Assembly (NCBI GenBank): GCA_030295235.1
Contig: AP026167.1
Location: forward strand, 372,001-436,000
Direction: 5' to 3'
Origin: Fistulifera solaris
Taxonomy: Eukaryota
Length of the DNA: 64,000 nucleotides
Shown here: piece after piece, positions 10,150-22,627 of the stretch
Layout of the letters: every line of letters starts with the position of its first letter
Position numbering within the stretch: the stretch's first letter is position 1
The notes under the pieces: model-generated
What the model was told of the DNA's origin: nothing
Databases searched by the model: none
Seen by the model: only the letters and a program-made list of their open reading frames with translations
Program-made: the position numbers and the translations under genes

Positions 10150-12496
10150 ATGAGAAAGACGCTCACGGTATGCAACATGCTGCCGATATACCTAAAGCGG
10201 CTGTGGCTTCTTCTGATACCAGCTTTATGGATTATATGCGATGAAAACGGGTTTGAGCGGGCGCGGATGGCATTCACAAGCATATTCAATCCAATTCACA
10301 CAGAAACAGGTTGGAGCAACGATAAAATAGTCAAGCACGCTGATACAAAAAGAACCACACGGCGGGTGAGAGAGGAGAAGTACTGGCCTGATTTTGGAAA
10401 CAATTTATTTCGGACTTCGCCCTTCGCACACGATGAGCCAACTATGAGTCCCAGTGAGGAGAAAGTTCCATTCGCTGTCCCGGCATCGCCGCAAAATCAA
10501 GTGGAAAAAGGGAACCGAAATATTCCCGTCTCTTCGTCGTCTTTAACTGGTAGGTCCAAAATTGGGAAAACGTTATTCGAGAAAGATAATGGAGCGGAGA
10601 AGGCAAACCTCGACCATGATTCAAATGGAGCCAAAGTAGACATGCTGCCATCTCAGAATACGCATGACCAGTTCTCAGCCGTCCCAACACTAGTCATATC
10701 TCCTTTGATGTCTCCAACTCCTATAGAAGGTTCGGCTATGACAAACTTCAAACTGGAAACGACCTTGACATCGTTGTTTCAGCCTAGAGATAACGCAGAC
10801 CAGTGGGCAAGTGTCAAGAATTTAGCAGACGGCACAAACACAGCTGTCGGCTACGGCCCAACCAACGATCCTTCATATGTACCGAATCTAGCGCTTCCGC
10901 CATCCCGTCCTGCGGTATCGAATCTTGTGGATAAAGTCATCAGCTCCACAACTGCAAAGTATATTCGCTCTGAGTCTCCACATCTACCCATATCATACAA
11001 AGCATCTTCTTCAAAAAGGCATATGCTTCCCAAGGAAAGGGTACGGGGAAAGCGCAGACCTTAGAAAAATTATATAAATTGACAGAGAAATCGAAAGCGT
11101 CGTCGTCTGGAGAATACGATTCCAAACGAAAAGGGAAAGCATCTTACGGAAAGGCCAAAAATTCGAAAGGGAAGGGAGAGGCTTCCTATGGAAAATCAAA
11201 TAGTTCTAAAGGAAAAGGAAAATCGTCTAAAGGAGAGGGGAAAGGATCACGAAGCAAATCATCTAAAGGAAAGGGGAAAGGATCAGATAGCAAATCATCT
11301 GCATCGGGAAAGAAATCTTCAAAATCTGGCAAAAAGTCATCGAAAAGAGCAAGCCGAAAACGAAGGCACCAAATTCGAGCAATGTACCTAGCGTTATGCC
11401 GACTATTACAAGTGCTCCGACAAACACCGCGAGGCCGACGGGTGCACCTACTTCTAGTGTGCCGCCCACGATATCGCCCAGACCTACAGCTACAATATTG
11501 AGTGAATCTCCAAGCGCGAGCGTAATTAATGAGACGGACTTACCTTCTTCGTTGCCGACGAGCTTAGGCCAGTCTGTTGTCCCGACTATACTGCCTACTG
11601 CGAAACCAACTGGAGGAATAATAAGCACTTCTTCGCCGACTTTCGGATCAACTATCAGCTCCCTTCCAACGAAATTTCCAACAGCTCTCCCATCTGCCAC
11701 GCCTATTATTGGTTCTCGCGTGCCAACATCTGCGCCGTCTGTTGCCCCTTTCATTGATTCGCCAGAACCTTCTTCTCTGGAAAGTGAGGGCCCCACGTCC
11801 AATCCAAGTGCTTCTATCCTAGCACCTAGTCGTGCACCATCTTCCATAGCCAGTAGCACACCCAGTCTGACTGAAAGCACTGTTCCTAGCCAGACTTTGA
11901 GCATTGCTCCGTCATCTGCGCCGACTACCACAGTCCCATCTGATACACCGAGCAGTGGGTCGGAGCTGCCCTCAATATCACCTTCTACACCATGGCCTTC
12001 TGATGAACCTAGCGCAACACCAACAATAGATGAATCCGTTTCTCCAACTATTTCACCCAGTGGTCGGCCAAGTCTGAGGCCTTCGCCTTTTCCTTCACAG
12101 GGGCCCTCGACGGGACCTAGTATTGATCCGTCTCTCGAGCCGACCTCGCAACCGAGCGAAGGACCCAGTCGGCGCCCATCTGTCGAACCCAGTCTTTCTC
12201 CTACCTCTTCTCCATCGTCAAGTCCTAGCATCGACCCAACAAGTCAGCCAGTGGCAGCCCGAATTGGGGAAGAAGATTTTGATGCAGACTCGGATACTCA
12301 ATCTGAAGGACAAGAAGCAGGGTTTTTAGGAGGCGCAACTATTATTCGTCATGAGTCAACAGGACACGAACAAAAGTATGAGACTCAGTTGGGTGAAAGC
12401 GTACATCCCACTGACACGACACAGGTTATTCAGAGACAAACCCAAGGAGCCAGATCCTGGAACATAATTGGAAACAACAAAACGGGCGCTGGTTGA
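10150..12496 (+). CDS. Secreted/signal-anchored mucin-like protein B with silaffin-like Lys/Ser/Gly block
   Basis: Three ORFs join by restoring single As at about 11015 and 11345. Hydrophobic N-terminus, KSSKGKGK repeats (about 11085-11365), PxxxP PTS repeats, acidic tail. Confidence 0.8.
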
Positions 12497-12825
12497 AATA
12501 CGCTATGTTTCACTAAAAGAACGGATCTACTTTCGAAAGAGCAGATACTAAGAAGGCACTTCAACTCTTTAAAGGAGTCAGTGGCCATGTGACCTAGCGG
12601 TTTGACTGAGATTTCGATGTGCTGCGCCCGTCGCGTAGGTACTTTTTGGATGGAATTCAGTTGCGAAATGGAGAGCGTCGCTGTCTCATCAGCATGATGA
12701 ATATGCTAAAGGGAAACCATTTATATTATCATGTGTTTTCGCAACTCCGGATTCGCTTTAGTCTAAAACCTGGAAGCTTACGAACGAGTATACAAGTCCT
12801 AGCTAGAATGCTTGTAGCCTTCTAA

Positions 12826-13133
12826 GGGCCATTTCTAACCGGAAGTTTCGTATTTCGTATTTTCGTATTTCGCGTGCTCCCACACTTGCCCAATTTGCCC
12901 AAACGGGAGAGAAATGAAAAATAGAGAAGTTATCGTCTGTCACTTTCTCCGTAAAACCTTGGATACAAACGCAAAATGCGAAAATACGAATACGAAACTT
13001 CCGGTTAGAAATGGCCCTCAAAAATAAATAGAGAAGTTATCGTCTGTCACTTTCTCCGTGAAACCTTGGATACAAACGCAAAATACGAAAATACGAAAAT
13101 ATGAAATACGAAACTTCCGGTTAGAAATGGCCC
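12826..13133. mobile_element. Non-autonomous MITE, PIF/Harbinger (Tourist)-like, with duplicated right end
   Basis: TIR GGGCCATTTCTAACCGGAAGTTTCGTATT at 12826; its reverse complement ends at both 13017 and 13133. TAA flanks at 12823-12825 and 13134-13136 form the target-site duplication. Confidence 0.85.
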
Positions 13134-13573
13134 TAATCTTGCCCCCTCAAAACTGCGAAGATTCCAAGTTCGCCCTTCGCTACAGTGCGGAGTGCAGACT
13201 GACTGGATGAAACGAATTTTTTAATCAGTGAGGATCGATACAAGTAAGTTAGCGATAAATCTCTGTTACGGAGTACCCCCGGAGTAGTAGTTAACACAGT
13301 GAACAGCGTCGTCTTACGTAAGCCTTAAGCTGTTACTTGTCACTTTCACAAGTTAAAAGGGCTAGATCGATATCCCGAAAATGACTGAAGCCTACTGTAA
13401 GGATTACAGTTCCTAATGACTAGTGACTAAAACTTTCTACCAAGATCCGATAACAAGAAACGGGTTTCTTGTTTTCCGTCCACGGACATCACTTTTCGAA
13501 ATCTCGACGGCGGGCGCATTTGTTTCTTGTATATTAGCTGAACGAAAGCATCAGAATCATAAGAAATTAAGCC

Positions 13574-14715
13574 ATGGCAATCGCTCCTAGAATGAGAAAA
13601 GCACTTCTGCTCTGCGTGAGCCGATCGTGGCTTTTGCTTTTCCCAACTTTGTTGATCATGTGCAGTAAAAACGAGTTTGAGTGGGTTCGAAAGGATTTTG
13701 TGCATCATACATTTGGGCCAAATTTCCAAGAAGCCGGTCGAAGTCAGCATGACATACGGAGACACACAGGAGAATACAGCGGAAGACTCGACGAAGTATC
13801 CGAAGATGGATTTGACCAAAGTTCATGGCGTTTTCTCAATTCAAAGCCTTGGTCATCTCGCGCGGACGCACTGAATCCTGAGAGAACGCCTCCAAAGTTC
13901 AAGACCGAACGTCGTTTATCGAATATTTTCTACCGATTACATGACTCATCAAATCATGAGAAAACTACAAAGTCTGCAAAGTCTACCGGAAAGACTAAAA
14001 CACCGTCTTCCAAGAAATCAAGCGGCCCCACGAAGAAAGCAAAGTCACTTTCTGATACAGAACCCAAGAAAACGAAAGGCAAAGATACGAGCAGCGACAA
14101 CAACTCTACTAGTAAAATAGGAAAGGGAAAAAAGGAATCGAAAAAGAGTCAATCGACAAGGAACTCACCTGTGAGTGCACCCTCTCGGAGCGACAGATCT
14201 CCTGTAAAAGCTCCAGTCTTTATATGGAGGCCAATAGATCGTGAGCCCTCTCGGCCTCGTTCTCCAGCTCCAGTTGGAGTCCCGATGCAAGCTCCGGATC
14301 GAGTTCCGACTTCGACTTTAGCTCCAACTCCGACGATGACAACAGAACCTGGAAGTCCGCCGCCGGTTACCGAGAATGACAGTTCGTCTTCGTCGCCGAC
14401 CATGCTAACCGAAATTCCAACGATGAATTCAAGTCTGGGTTCTTCTGATTTTCCTACTTCACAAATGATTGCTCAACTCTCTCCTCGACCATCATCATCG
14501 AATCAGCCGAGTGCACTATCAAGTTTTGAGTCAACTATGGGATCCAGCGATGAGGCAAGTGATGTGCCTACTTTCTTTTTAGCGATCCACCATCTTTGCT
14601 ACAATCATTCTCTCCAACACGCGTCGGCAATTCGGAACGTCTTGATGAAAACCGTCGGAATGGGCAGAAGAAGTTTGCTTTCCGCAGCGAAAATTTGGAT
14701 AAGAAATGGGCATAG
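13574..14715 (+). CDS. Mucin-like protein C, paralog of B
   Basis: N-terminal RSWLLLFPTLLIMCSKNEFE vs B RLWLLLIPALWIICDENGFE; ERRL site, then a K/S/T-rich block, SPV/APV motifs and a PTS region. Probable frameshift in the T-run near 14575 (corrected stop 14713-14715; uncorrected ORF ends at 14803). Confidence 0.75.
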
Positions 14716-15513
14716 GCATTGTGCACTGCCCAAAAGGGTATCGCTATCATCCATTGGCATCACTGGCCTTGTCCAAGATGTAGACATTGCAATTAGAATT
14801 TGACGACTGATTTCATTTTTACTGAATAGAGAATATAATAAGGTATGGGTTTCCGCTGCTAATCAATCTCCATAATTTATCGACCTTGTCTTTGAAAGTG
14901 AATAGCAAGAGACTTCTTGTTATTATCAGACTATCGATGGCCGGACAATCATGACAATGAGATAACTGATGAGGGATGAGAGATGGGATTTTTGGACTCG
15001 GGACCAAAGCTCGGGTGTCGCATGCCGCCTCCTCTCCTCCCTTCCCTTCTAAATACTCAGTAATCGGGAATTGGACGATAACAGACATGCGGACAGACGA
15101 CAGACAGGATATGACACAAGAAAATAACACGTACCGGGTACCGGGTACCTGTACCACGTAGACACGGAGACACTGGACAGTAAACCGCGAAGTAGTAAAG
15201 AAATATACCGATTGCTTATTACTGCAGGGCAGAAAGGCGCGCCACCGAATGCTGCAAAGATTATTGCCCATAGGCCCAAGTTACATCCATTCCCGATTAT
15301 TTTCTATAAAGATTTTCCGTGGGTCCTGGTTCCTGGTCGTAAATCCTAGCTTTGGGCTTCCAATTTTAGTACTCCGCATGTTTTTTTTCCGTAGTAGGCT
15401 CACTGTTCACTCTTTCTCGACCAATTCAGACATCCGGTCACCTTTTCTCGAACACTTTTCCAAAACAACGAAAATAATTCCACCACGATTGCACCAACGA
15501 CGAAAACGAAACG

Positions 15514-18500
15514 ATGTTGATGGCGCTCAAAGCATCAAACGTGATAATGATTTGCCTTTTGATACATCTATGGTGGATCTTGATGGTGTCATCAAGTGCT
15601 GTCGAAAAAACAGATACGACAGCGGCCTCGAAGTCAACTATTATTTCACAAACACCAGGACGCGTCGGCAGAGGGTTTTATTCCAACGAACCGACACGAC
15701 GAAAACAAGCCACCGGTGTAGTGTACGCAGATCTCGTATGGAGCCCGCTAAATGAATATTCATCTTTCAGGAATTTTCCGACTTTAGCATCTCAACTATC
15801 CAGCCCCGATGACCCTGATATTAAGGATGCATCTCCTAGATTGACGACCAGTCAACGAGCACTCTCTGAACGTTTCCTTAAAGGCAAAAATACGTCGACA
15901 ACAACTGGAAACAACAAGACCAAGACGTCATCGGGGAAAGGGAAAATCTGCGTCTCCTGGAAAGTCGACTCAACCCGCAAAAAAGACGAAGGATACGAAA
16001 GGTAAAGACAAAAAGTCGGGCAGCAAGTCAGAAAAATCGGACAAGAAGAATAAAAAAACTGATGATGGGAAAATGGGAGCAAAGTCACCAGTTCGTTCGC
16101 CAGTTCGGTCACCGGTACGGTCGCCAGTTCGATCCCCGGTGCGCTCACCGGCAGGCTCGCCAGTTCGCTCGCCAGTACGCCCGCCAACTCGAATGTTTCA
16201 GGATAAAGCCCCAACATTCATAAAAAGAATAATAGAGTTCGTACCCACAGTGCTTGAGGAGCTTCCAACTTTAAGAACCCCGCGAGAAACAAAGGCCCCG
16301 GTCATTGAAGACAGAACACCTACCTTGAAGCCGTCAAGCTCCCCGAGCGAGTCACCAAGTCGCTCGCCGATAAAAGACCATCTTCGGCTCCGTCTCGAGA
16401 TCCCACGCCTGCACCGAGCGTTCGTCCTTCTGCTTCACCGATTGTACGGCCAAGTGCTGCACCTACAAGTCAACCATCGCCTTCACCGACTGACAACCCG
16501 ACTGTAGCACCAAGCGACAAACCAACAAGTGGGCCAACCAATGTGCCCAGCATGAATCCGACCTCGAAACCGAGTACCCTGCCGACTGATCGACCGAGTC
16601 GTCAACCAACAACAAGTCCTTCGCGAAAGCCGAGCTCTGAACCAACAACCCAACCGTCCAGCTCTCCCACTGTGTTGCCTAGTAGCACGCCGACACAAAA
16701 GCCTTCTCAATCGCCATCGCGAGTACCAACGCCAGAGCCAAGTGTCGGACCTTCTCCTTCACCCACCACAGAGCCAAGTTCTGTTCCAACAGCACTGCCA
16801 TCAAAATCACCGACTGCTGGCCCAACTGTCGTACCAAGTATGAATCCGACTAGAATACCGAGCAATGAGCCAAGTACAGAACCGTCAGTGACACCGACAG
16901 AAGTTCCCTCGCTATCGCCGAGTATTCAACCAACAATTGGACCTTCGCGGAAACCTTCGAGTGCTCCCTCAACGAATCCTTCGACATCGCCTACGTTCAA
17001 TCCAAGTGCTGCTCCCACCACGCCGCCATCGAGAAGCCCAACAGACAATCCGACGGTTTCTCCTAGTAGGAATCCCACCACGGTACCAAGCAGTGGACCC
17101 ACCATGACTCCGACATCATCACCAAGCGCAGTCCCAATTGCTTTGCCGAGCCATCAGCCCACAACCGGTCCCTCTCGTGAACCTTCCGTGGCTCCTTCTC
17201 TCGGTCCTTCTGTTTCGCCCACGTCAAAACCGAGCGCTTCACCCAGTACTTCACCGTCGACTTCGCCTACAAAGACCCCTTCAGCATTACCGACTATTCA
17301 ACCAACACCTGTGCGAAGTGCGGTGCCCAGTTCAGATCCGACCGTTTCGCAGTCGCCGACATCGCCACAAAGCGCAGTTCCATCTGTATCACCGAGCCAC
17401 AATCCCACAACCGTTCCATCGGGCGAAGCTTCGATGGCACCGAAGTCTTGAACCCTCCGCATCAACAATACCGAGCGCTTCACCCACTACGTCACCATCG
17501 ATTTCGCCTACAAAGAACCCCTCCGAAGTACCGAGTGTGCAACCAACTTCAGGAGGAAATGGGGTGCCCAGTTCCGTTCCGACCTTGTTGGTGTCGCCGA
17601 CATCATCACAAAGTGCAATCCCATCTGTATCACCGAGCCGAAACCCTACAGATGGTCCATCGGGAGAAGATTCGATGGCACCAAGTTTTGGACCTTCTGT
17701 TTCGTCCAGAACGAGACCTTCCGTGGCTCCTTCTCTCGGTCCTTCTGTTTCGCCCACGTCAAAACCGAGTACTACGCCATCGGTTCGTCCTTCAACTGAA
17801 CCGACTCGCAACCCGTCTGTTGTACCGAGTATACTGCCGACCAGTGTTCGAAGTGCAGTGCCGAGTTTAGATCCGACCGTGTCGCCGATCATCGTTCCGT
17901 CTGTTCCACCGAGCCGTCAACCTACAATAGTCCCTTCCATGGAGCCCAGCGTTGAACCGACTGTAAAGGCATCCAGCACACCCAGTCTATCGCCTAGTAG
18001 ACTTCCAACTGCAAAACCTTCTTCGTCTCCGTCGCAAGAGCCCTCACCGGCACCGAGCATTCGTCCTTCGGCTTCGCCGACGACGAATCCGAGTGCTGTA
18101 CCAACAAGTCCTCCCTCGACGTCACCGACAGATAGCCCAACCATTCTGCCAAGTTCAAGACCGACAGCTGTGCCAACCATTATGCCGAGCATGAGTCCGA
18201 CGTCAAAACCGAGCGTTGTACCGACTAATCAACCGAGTCAGCAGCCCACCAGAGGCCCTTCCAGAGAGCCCAGCACAGGGCCGACAACTCAGCCATCCAG
18301 CTCTCCAACCATGTCACCAACTATCGTTCCAACTCAGCAGCCATCACGCTTACCATCTCGAGTGCCATCACTAGAGCCTTCAGAGGGTCCTACTTTCGAA
18401 CCATCTGCGTCGCCTACAGCAAGTCCAAGTAGTGTACCTACTGCACGACCCTCTACTACACCAACGGATGGACCGACCGTTGCACCGAGTATAGGGCCAA

Positions 18501-21237
18501 CCAGTGCCCCAAGCAATAAGCCATCAGAAAAGCCGTCATCGTCGCCAACCGCAAGCCCAACTATTTCCCAAAGCGATCAGCCCACAAAAGGACCTTCGAG
18601 GGAGCCTTCGAGTGCTCCAACAACGGTACCTTCAGTCACGCCAACGTCAAGACCGAGTGCTGTTCCTACTTCTCGACCATCGACTAGCCCGACAGAGAAT
18701 CCGACCGTCGCACCTAGCATGAATCCCACGAAAGAACCGTCTAGTGAGCCTACAATAATTCCGACTTCGGCACCAACAATAGTCCCATCCAGTACGCCGA
18801 GCCGTCAGCCCACATCCGGTCCCTCCCGCGAACCTTCGGCGGCGCCTTCTCCTGATCCTTCGGCTTCGCCCACGTCAAGACCGAGTACTACGCCATCGGT
18901 TCGTCCTTCAGCTGAACCGACTCGCACCCCGTCTCTTGTGCCAAGCCTCTTGCCAACTTCTGTTCGAAGTGCCGTCCCCAGCTCAGATCCGACCGTGTCG
19001 CCGAGCATCGCCCCGTCTGTTCCACCGAGCCGTCAACCAACGACAAGACCGAAGCGTCGCACCAACAAGTCCTCCATCGATGCTTCCGACAGCTAGCCCG
19101 ACGGTAACACCAAGTGCGAGACCGACAAGTGGACCAACGGCTGTACCGAGCATGAGTCCGACAACAAAACCGAGCGCAGTCCCAACAGTACAGCCAACTC
19201 GTCAACCGACTACAAGTCCTTCAAAAGAGCCCAGCGCCGAGCCTACAATCCAGCCGTCTCGCTCTCCGACGGTGTCGCCTACTAGTGTTCCGACGCATCA
19301 GCCATCACATTTACCATCGAGACAGCCTTCGCCAGCACCGAGCGCCGAACCATCCGTTTCGCCCACTTCGCGACCTAGTACTATCCCAACTGCACGACCA
19401 TCGGGTGCTCCAACAGATGGGCCGACCGTTGCACCAAGTACGAGGCCTTCCAGTGAACCAAGCAGCCAGCCGAGTACGAAACCGTCATCGTCTCCGACTC
19501 AAGGTCCGACAGTTTCACCGAGCACTCAACCCACAAGAGGACCTTCAAAAGAACCATCGTCTTCACCGAGCAGCCAGCCCACAAAAGGACCTTCGAGGGA
19601 GCCTTCGAGTGCTCCAACAACGGTACCTTCAGTCACGCCAACGTCAAGACCGAGTGCTGTTCCTACTTCTCGACCATCGACTAGCCCGACAGAGAATCCG
19701 ACCGTCGCACCTAGCATGAATCCCACGAAAGAACCGTCTAGTGAGCCTACAATAATTCCGACTTCGGCACCAACAATAGTCCCATCCAGTACGCCGAGCC
19801 GTCAGCCCACATCCGGTCCCTCCCGCGAACCTTCGGCGGCGCCTTCTCCTGATCCTTCGGCTTCGCCCACGTCAAGACCGAGTACTACGCCATCGGTTCG
19901 TCCTTCAGCTGAACCGACTCGCACCCCGTCTCTTGTGCCAAGCCTCTTGCCAACTTCTGTTCGAAGTGCCGTCCCCAGCTCAGATCCGACCGTGTCGCCG
20001 AGCATCGCCCCGTCTGTTCCACCGAGCCGTCAACCAACGACAAGACCGAGCGTCGCACCAACAAGTCCTCCATCGATGCTTCCGACAGCTAGCCCGACGG
20101 TAACACCAAGTGCGAGACCGACAAGTGGACCAACGGCTGTACCGAGCATGAGTCCGACAACAAAACCGAGCGCAGTCCCAACAGTACAGCCAACTCGTCA
20201 ACCGACTACAAGTCCTTCGAAAGAGCCCAGCGCCGAGCCTACAATCCAGCCGTCTCGCTCTCCGACGGTGTCGCCTACTAGTGTTCCGACGCATCAGCCA
20301 TCGCATTTACCATCGAGACAGCCTTCGCCAGGACCGAGCGCCGAACCCACAACTTCGCCCACTTCGCGACCTAGTAGTATCCCAACTACTGGACCAAGCG
20401 CCGAACCCACAACTTCTCTTCCCACTTCGCGACCTAGCACTATCCCAACTGCACGACCATCGGGTGCTCCAACAGATGGGCCGACCGTTGCACCAAGTAC
20501 GAGGCCATCCAGTGAACCAAGCAGCCAGCCGAGTACGAAACCGTCATCGTCTCCGACTCAAGGTCCGACAGTTTCACCGAGCACTCAACCCACGAGAGGA
20601 CCTTCAAAGGAACCAAGCGCCCAACCAACAACAAAGCCCTCTACAGCTCCAAGCTTTTCACCCAGTAGTAGTCCGACCAAGAAACCTTCGCAAGCACCAT
20701 CGCGAGAACCTTCACCGGGGCCTAGCATCGAACCTTCGTTTGCGCCAACGTCGAGTCCAAGTAGTCGGCCATCTCTTTCGCCGACCGACAGCCCAACCGT
20801 TTCTCCAAGCACGAAGCCAACCAGTGCTCCTAGCCGAGCACCAAGCTCAAAACCGTCGGCTACTCCGAGCAGAAGACCGTCGTCGGCGCCTTCTGAGGCT
20901 CCAACAAAATCCCCTTCTGAGGCTCCATCCGTCGCACCAACTATGAAACCGAGTAGCTCACCGGTTGTAGGCGGACGCCTCTTGGAAGAAGAGACAGTTG
21001 TGGAAGATGGAGAGTCGTTTGAAGGATGCAAAAGCAAAATTCGAGCCTCATTCGATAAACAAAATGAATTTGTCAATGACGTTGCCGCTGAAATAGAGGA
21101 TAGCGTCGATATTCAAACAGAAGGAAGGGAATCTCTCTAGATTGCCGCTTGATGACACAGCTCAAAGTCGTGAAGGGAACAGACGTCTAGCCCGATTATT
21201 TGATATTATAAGAAAGCGAAAGAAAGCAACTGTTTAG
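15514..21237 (+). CDS. Giant secreted mucin-like protein D (~1900 aa after frameshift repair)
   Basis: Hydrophobic leader, QRALSERFL, K-rich block, (SPVR)n, about 4.6 kb of P-S/T-x-x tetrapeptides, then GGRLLEEE acidic tail. 1-bp frameshifts near 15945, 16373, 17445 and 19052. ORF-track stop at 21140; removing one G near 21128 extends it to 21237 (..GNRRLARLFDIIRKRKKATV). Confidence 0.8.
18578..20613 (+). repeat. Near-identical ~1-kb internal tandem duplication in gene D
   Basis: 18578-~19555 recurs at 19575-~20613 (offset 997, i.e. 996 = 332 codons plus one indel). A few SNPs and an extra ~60-nt subrepeat in copy 2. Confidence 0.9.
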
Positions 21238-22627
21238 AGTCGCCCCAATGGGATGTAAAACAAAGAGGATTCGATGAGCGTGAATAATTCGGTCTTTCGC
21301 CGTCTTGTCATGTCATTTCACTCCCGACGGTTCGACCCACTCCAGATATACATGATCGTTATATTTTTGACTCCAAAGGCGAAGGCAAAAAAATATTCGA
21401 ACTGAATGGGTTACCTGGTAATGCAATGCCTTAACAGCAATGCATGTTCCGCAGCAAAACGTTCGGAACGATTTTGGCGGAGGAAAAAAAAAAACACAAA
21501 CAAAATAACTAAAGCCGGGTGTCGCATGCCAGAAACCCTGTCCTTAATGAATATTCAAATACATGCTTCTTGAATGAAGCATGAACTGCATAATAGTGGT
21601 TTAATAATGGAAGAACTGTATAACAATACCTGGTATAGTCAGTGATCTAAATTTAAACAATTTTCTTCGTGAAGCCACCGAAGAACTGAATGCTCCGAGA
21701 GGGGCACGTTGAACAAGCGGCGCTCTCTTTTCAAAATTAAAAACAAAGTGGGAGTAGACATTCACTCATATCCGCCATCCGTAACAAAACCATGCTTCGC
21801 TTTAGATTAGCACCATTCGGCCATTTCATTAGACCAAACACACATACTAGGACCTACGACCTACCAGTTACTGGTACTGTCCCTATCGGTAATACTTCAA
21901 AGATAATCTTACTCGCCCCTTGCTCTAAACTCTACATGAGTGATGAGTGATGAACGATGAAGGGGAAGCATGACGATTGACGAGTGACGAGTGGCAATGA
22001 TTTAGCTATGATTTGCAACATTACAACGCTTCGTCCTATAAACAGTTTCAGTTGCTTTATTTCCACACTTTTCATCCAACTTGGAACATCAACACAGAGT
22101 AAATCATCTCAAGCTTTCTTCTTATGAGCCTTAAGCCGAGATATCCGTAAGGCTTACCATTAAGGTTAGAAATATGTTTTCAAGACACTACAATGACCAA
22201 TTAACTGATGACCGGCCGTTTCTGGTTACTTTAAATGACATTTGAGTGTGCGCTAATACATTTTGTTCGTGCATGTAAATACCCATTTCTCTTTTGGGTA
22301 CACGAAAACTTATATTGTTCACGCCCTGTTTGCTTGCAATAGTTTGGAATTAAGGTGTAACAACGGCTATTCTCAACTTCTTGGCTTTCCCTACATTGAC
22401 TTCGTGGTCGTAGAACTAAACTCTTGCTTCTCTAGGGTACTAATATTGAAAGGCAATTACGAACTTTTGTATTAAGTACAATTCTGTTCCCTGTTTCCTG
22501 TGTCTGTGGGGAGCCGGGATTTTTTTCGCGATTCCGAAATCAGGTCACCTTTTCACGGACGCGTTTTGCGTCGGTCGATTGGACGAAGAAAATTATTTTC
22601 GCCCTGTAAACAACCAAGAGAACATCC

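Noticed and set aside
11041..11085. Possible 45-nt intron in gene B
   Set aside because: Shorter than the other introns here; a single missing A near 11015 gives a continuous sensible frame.
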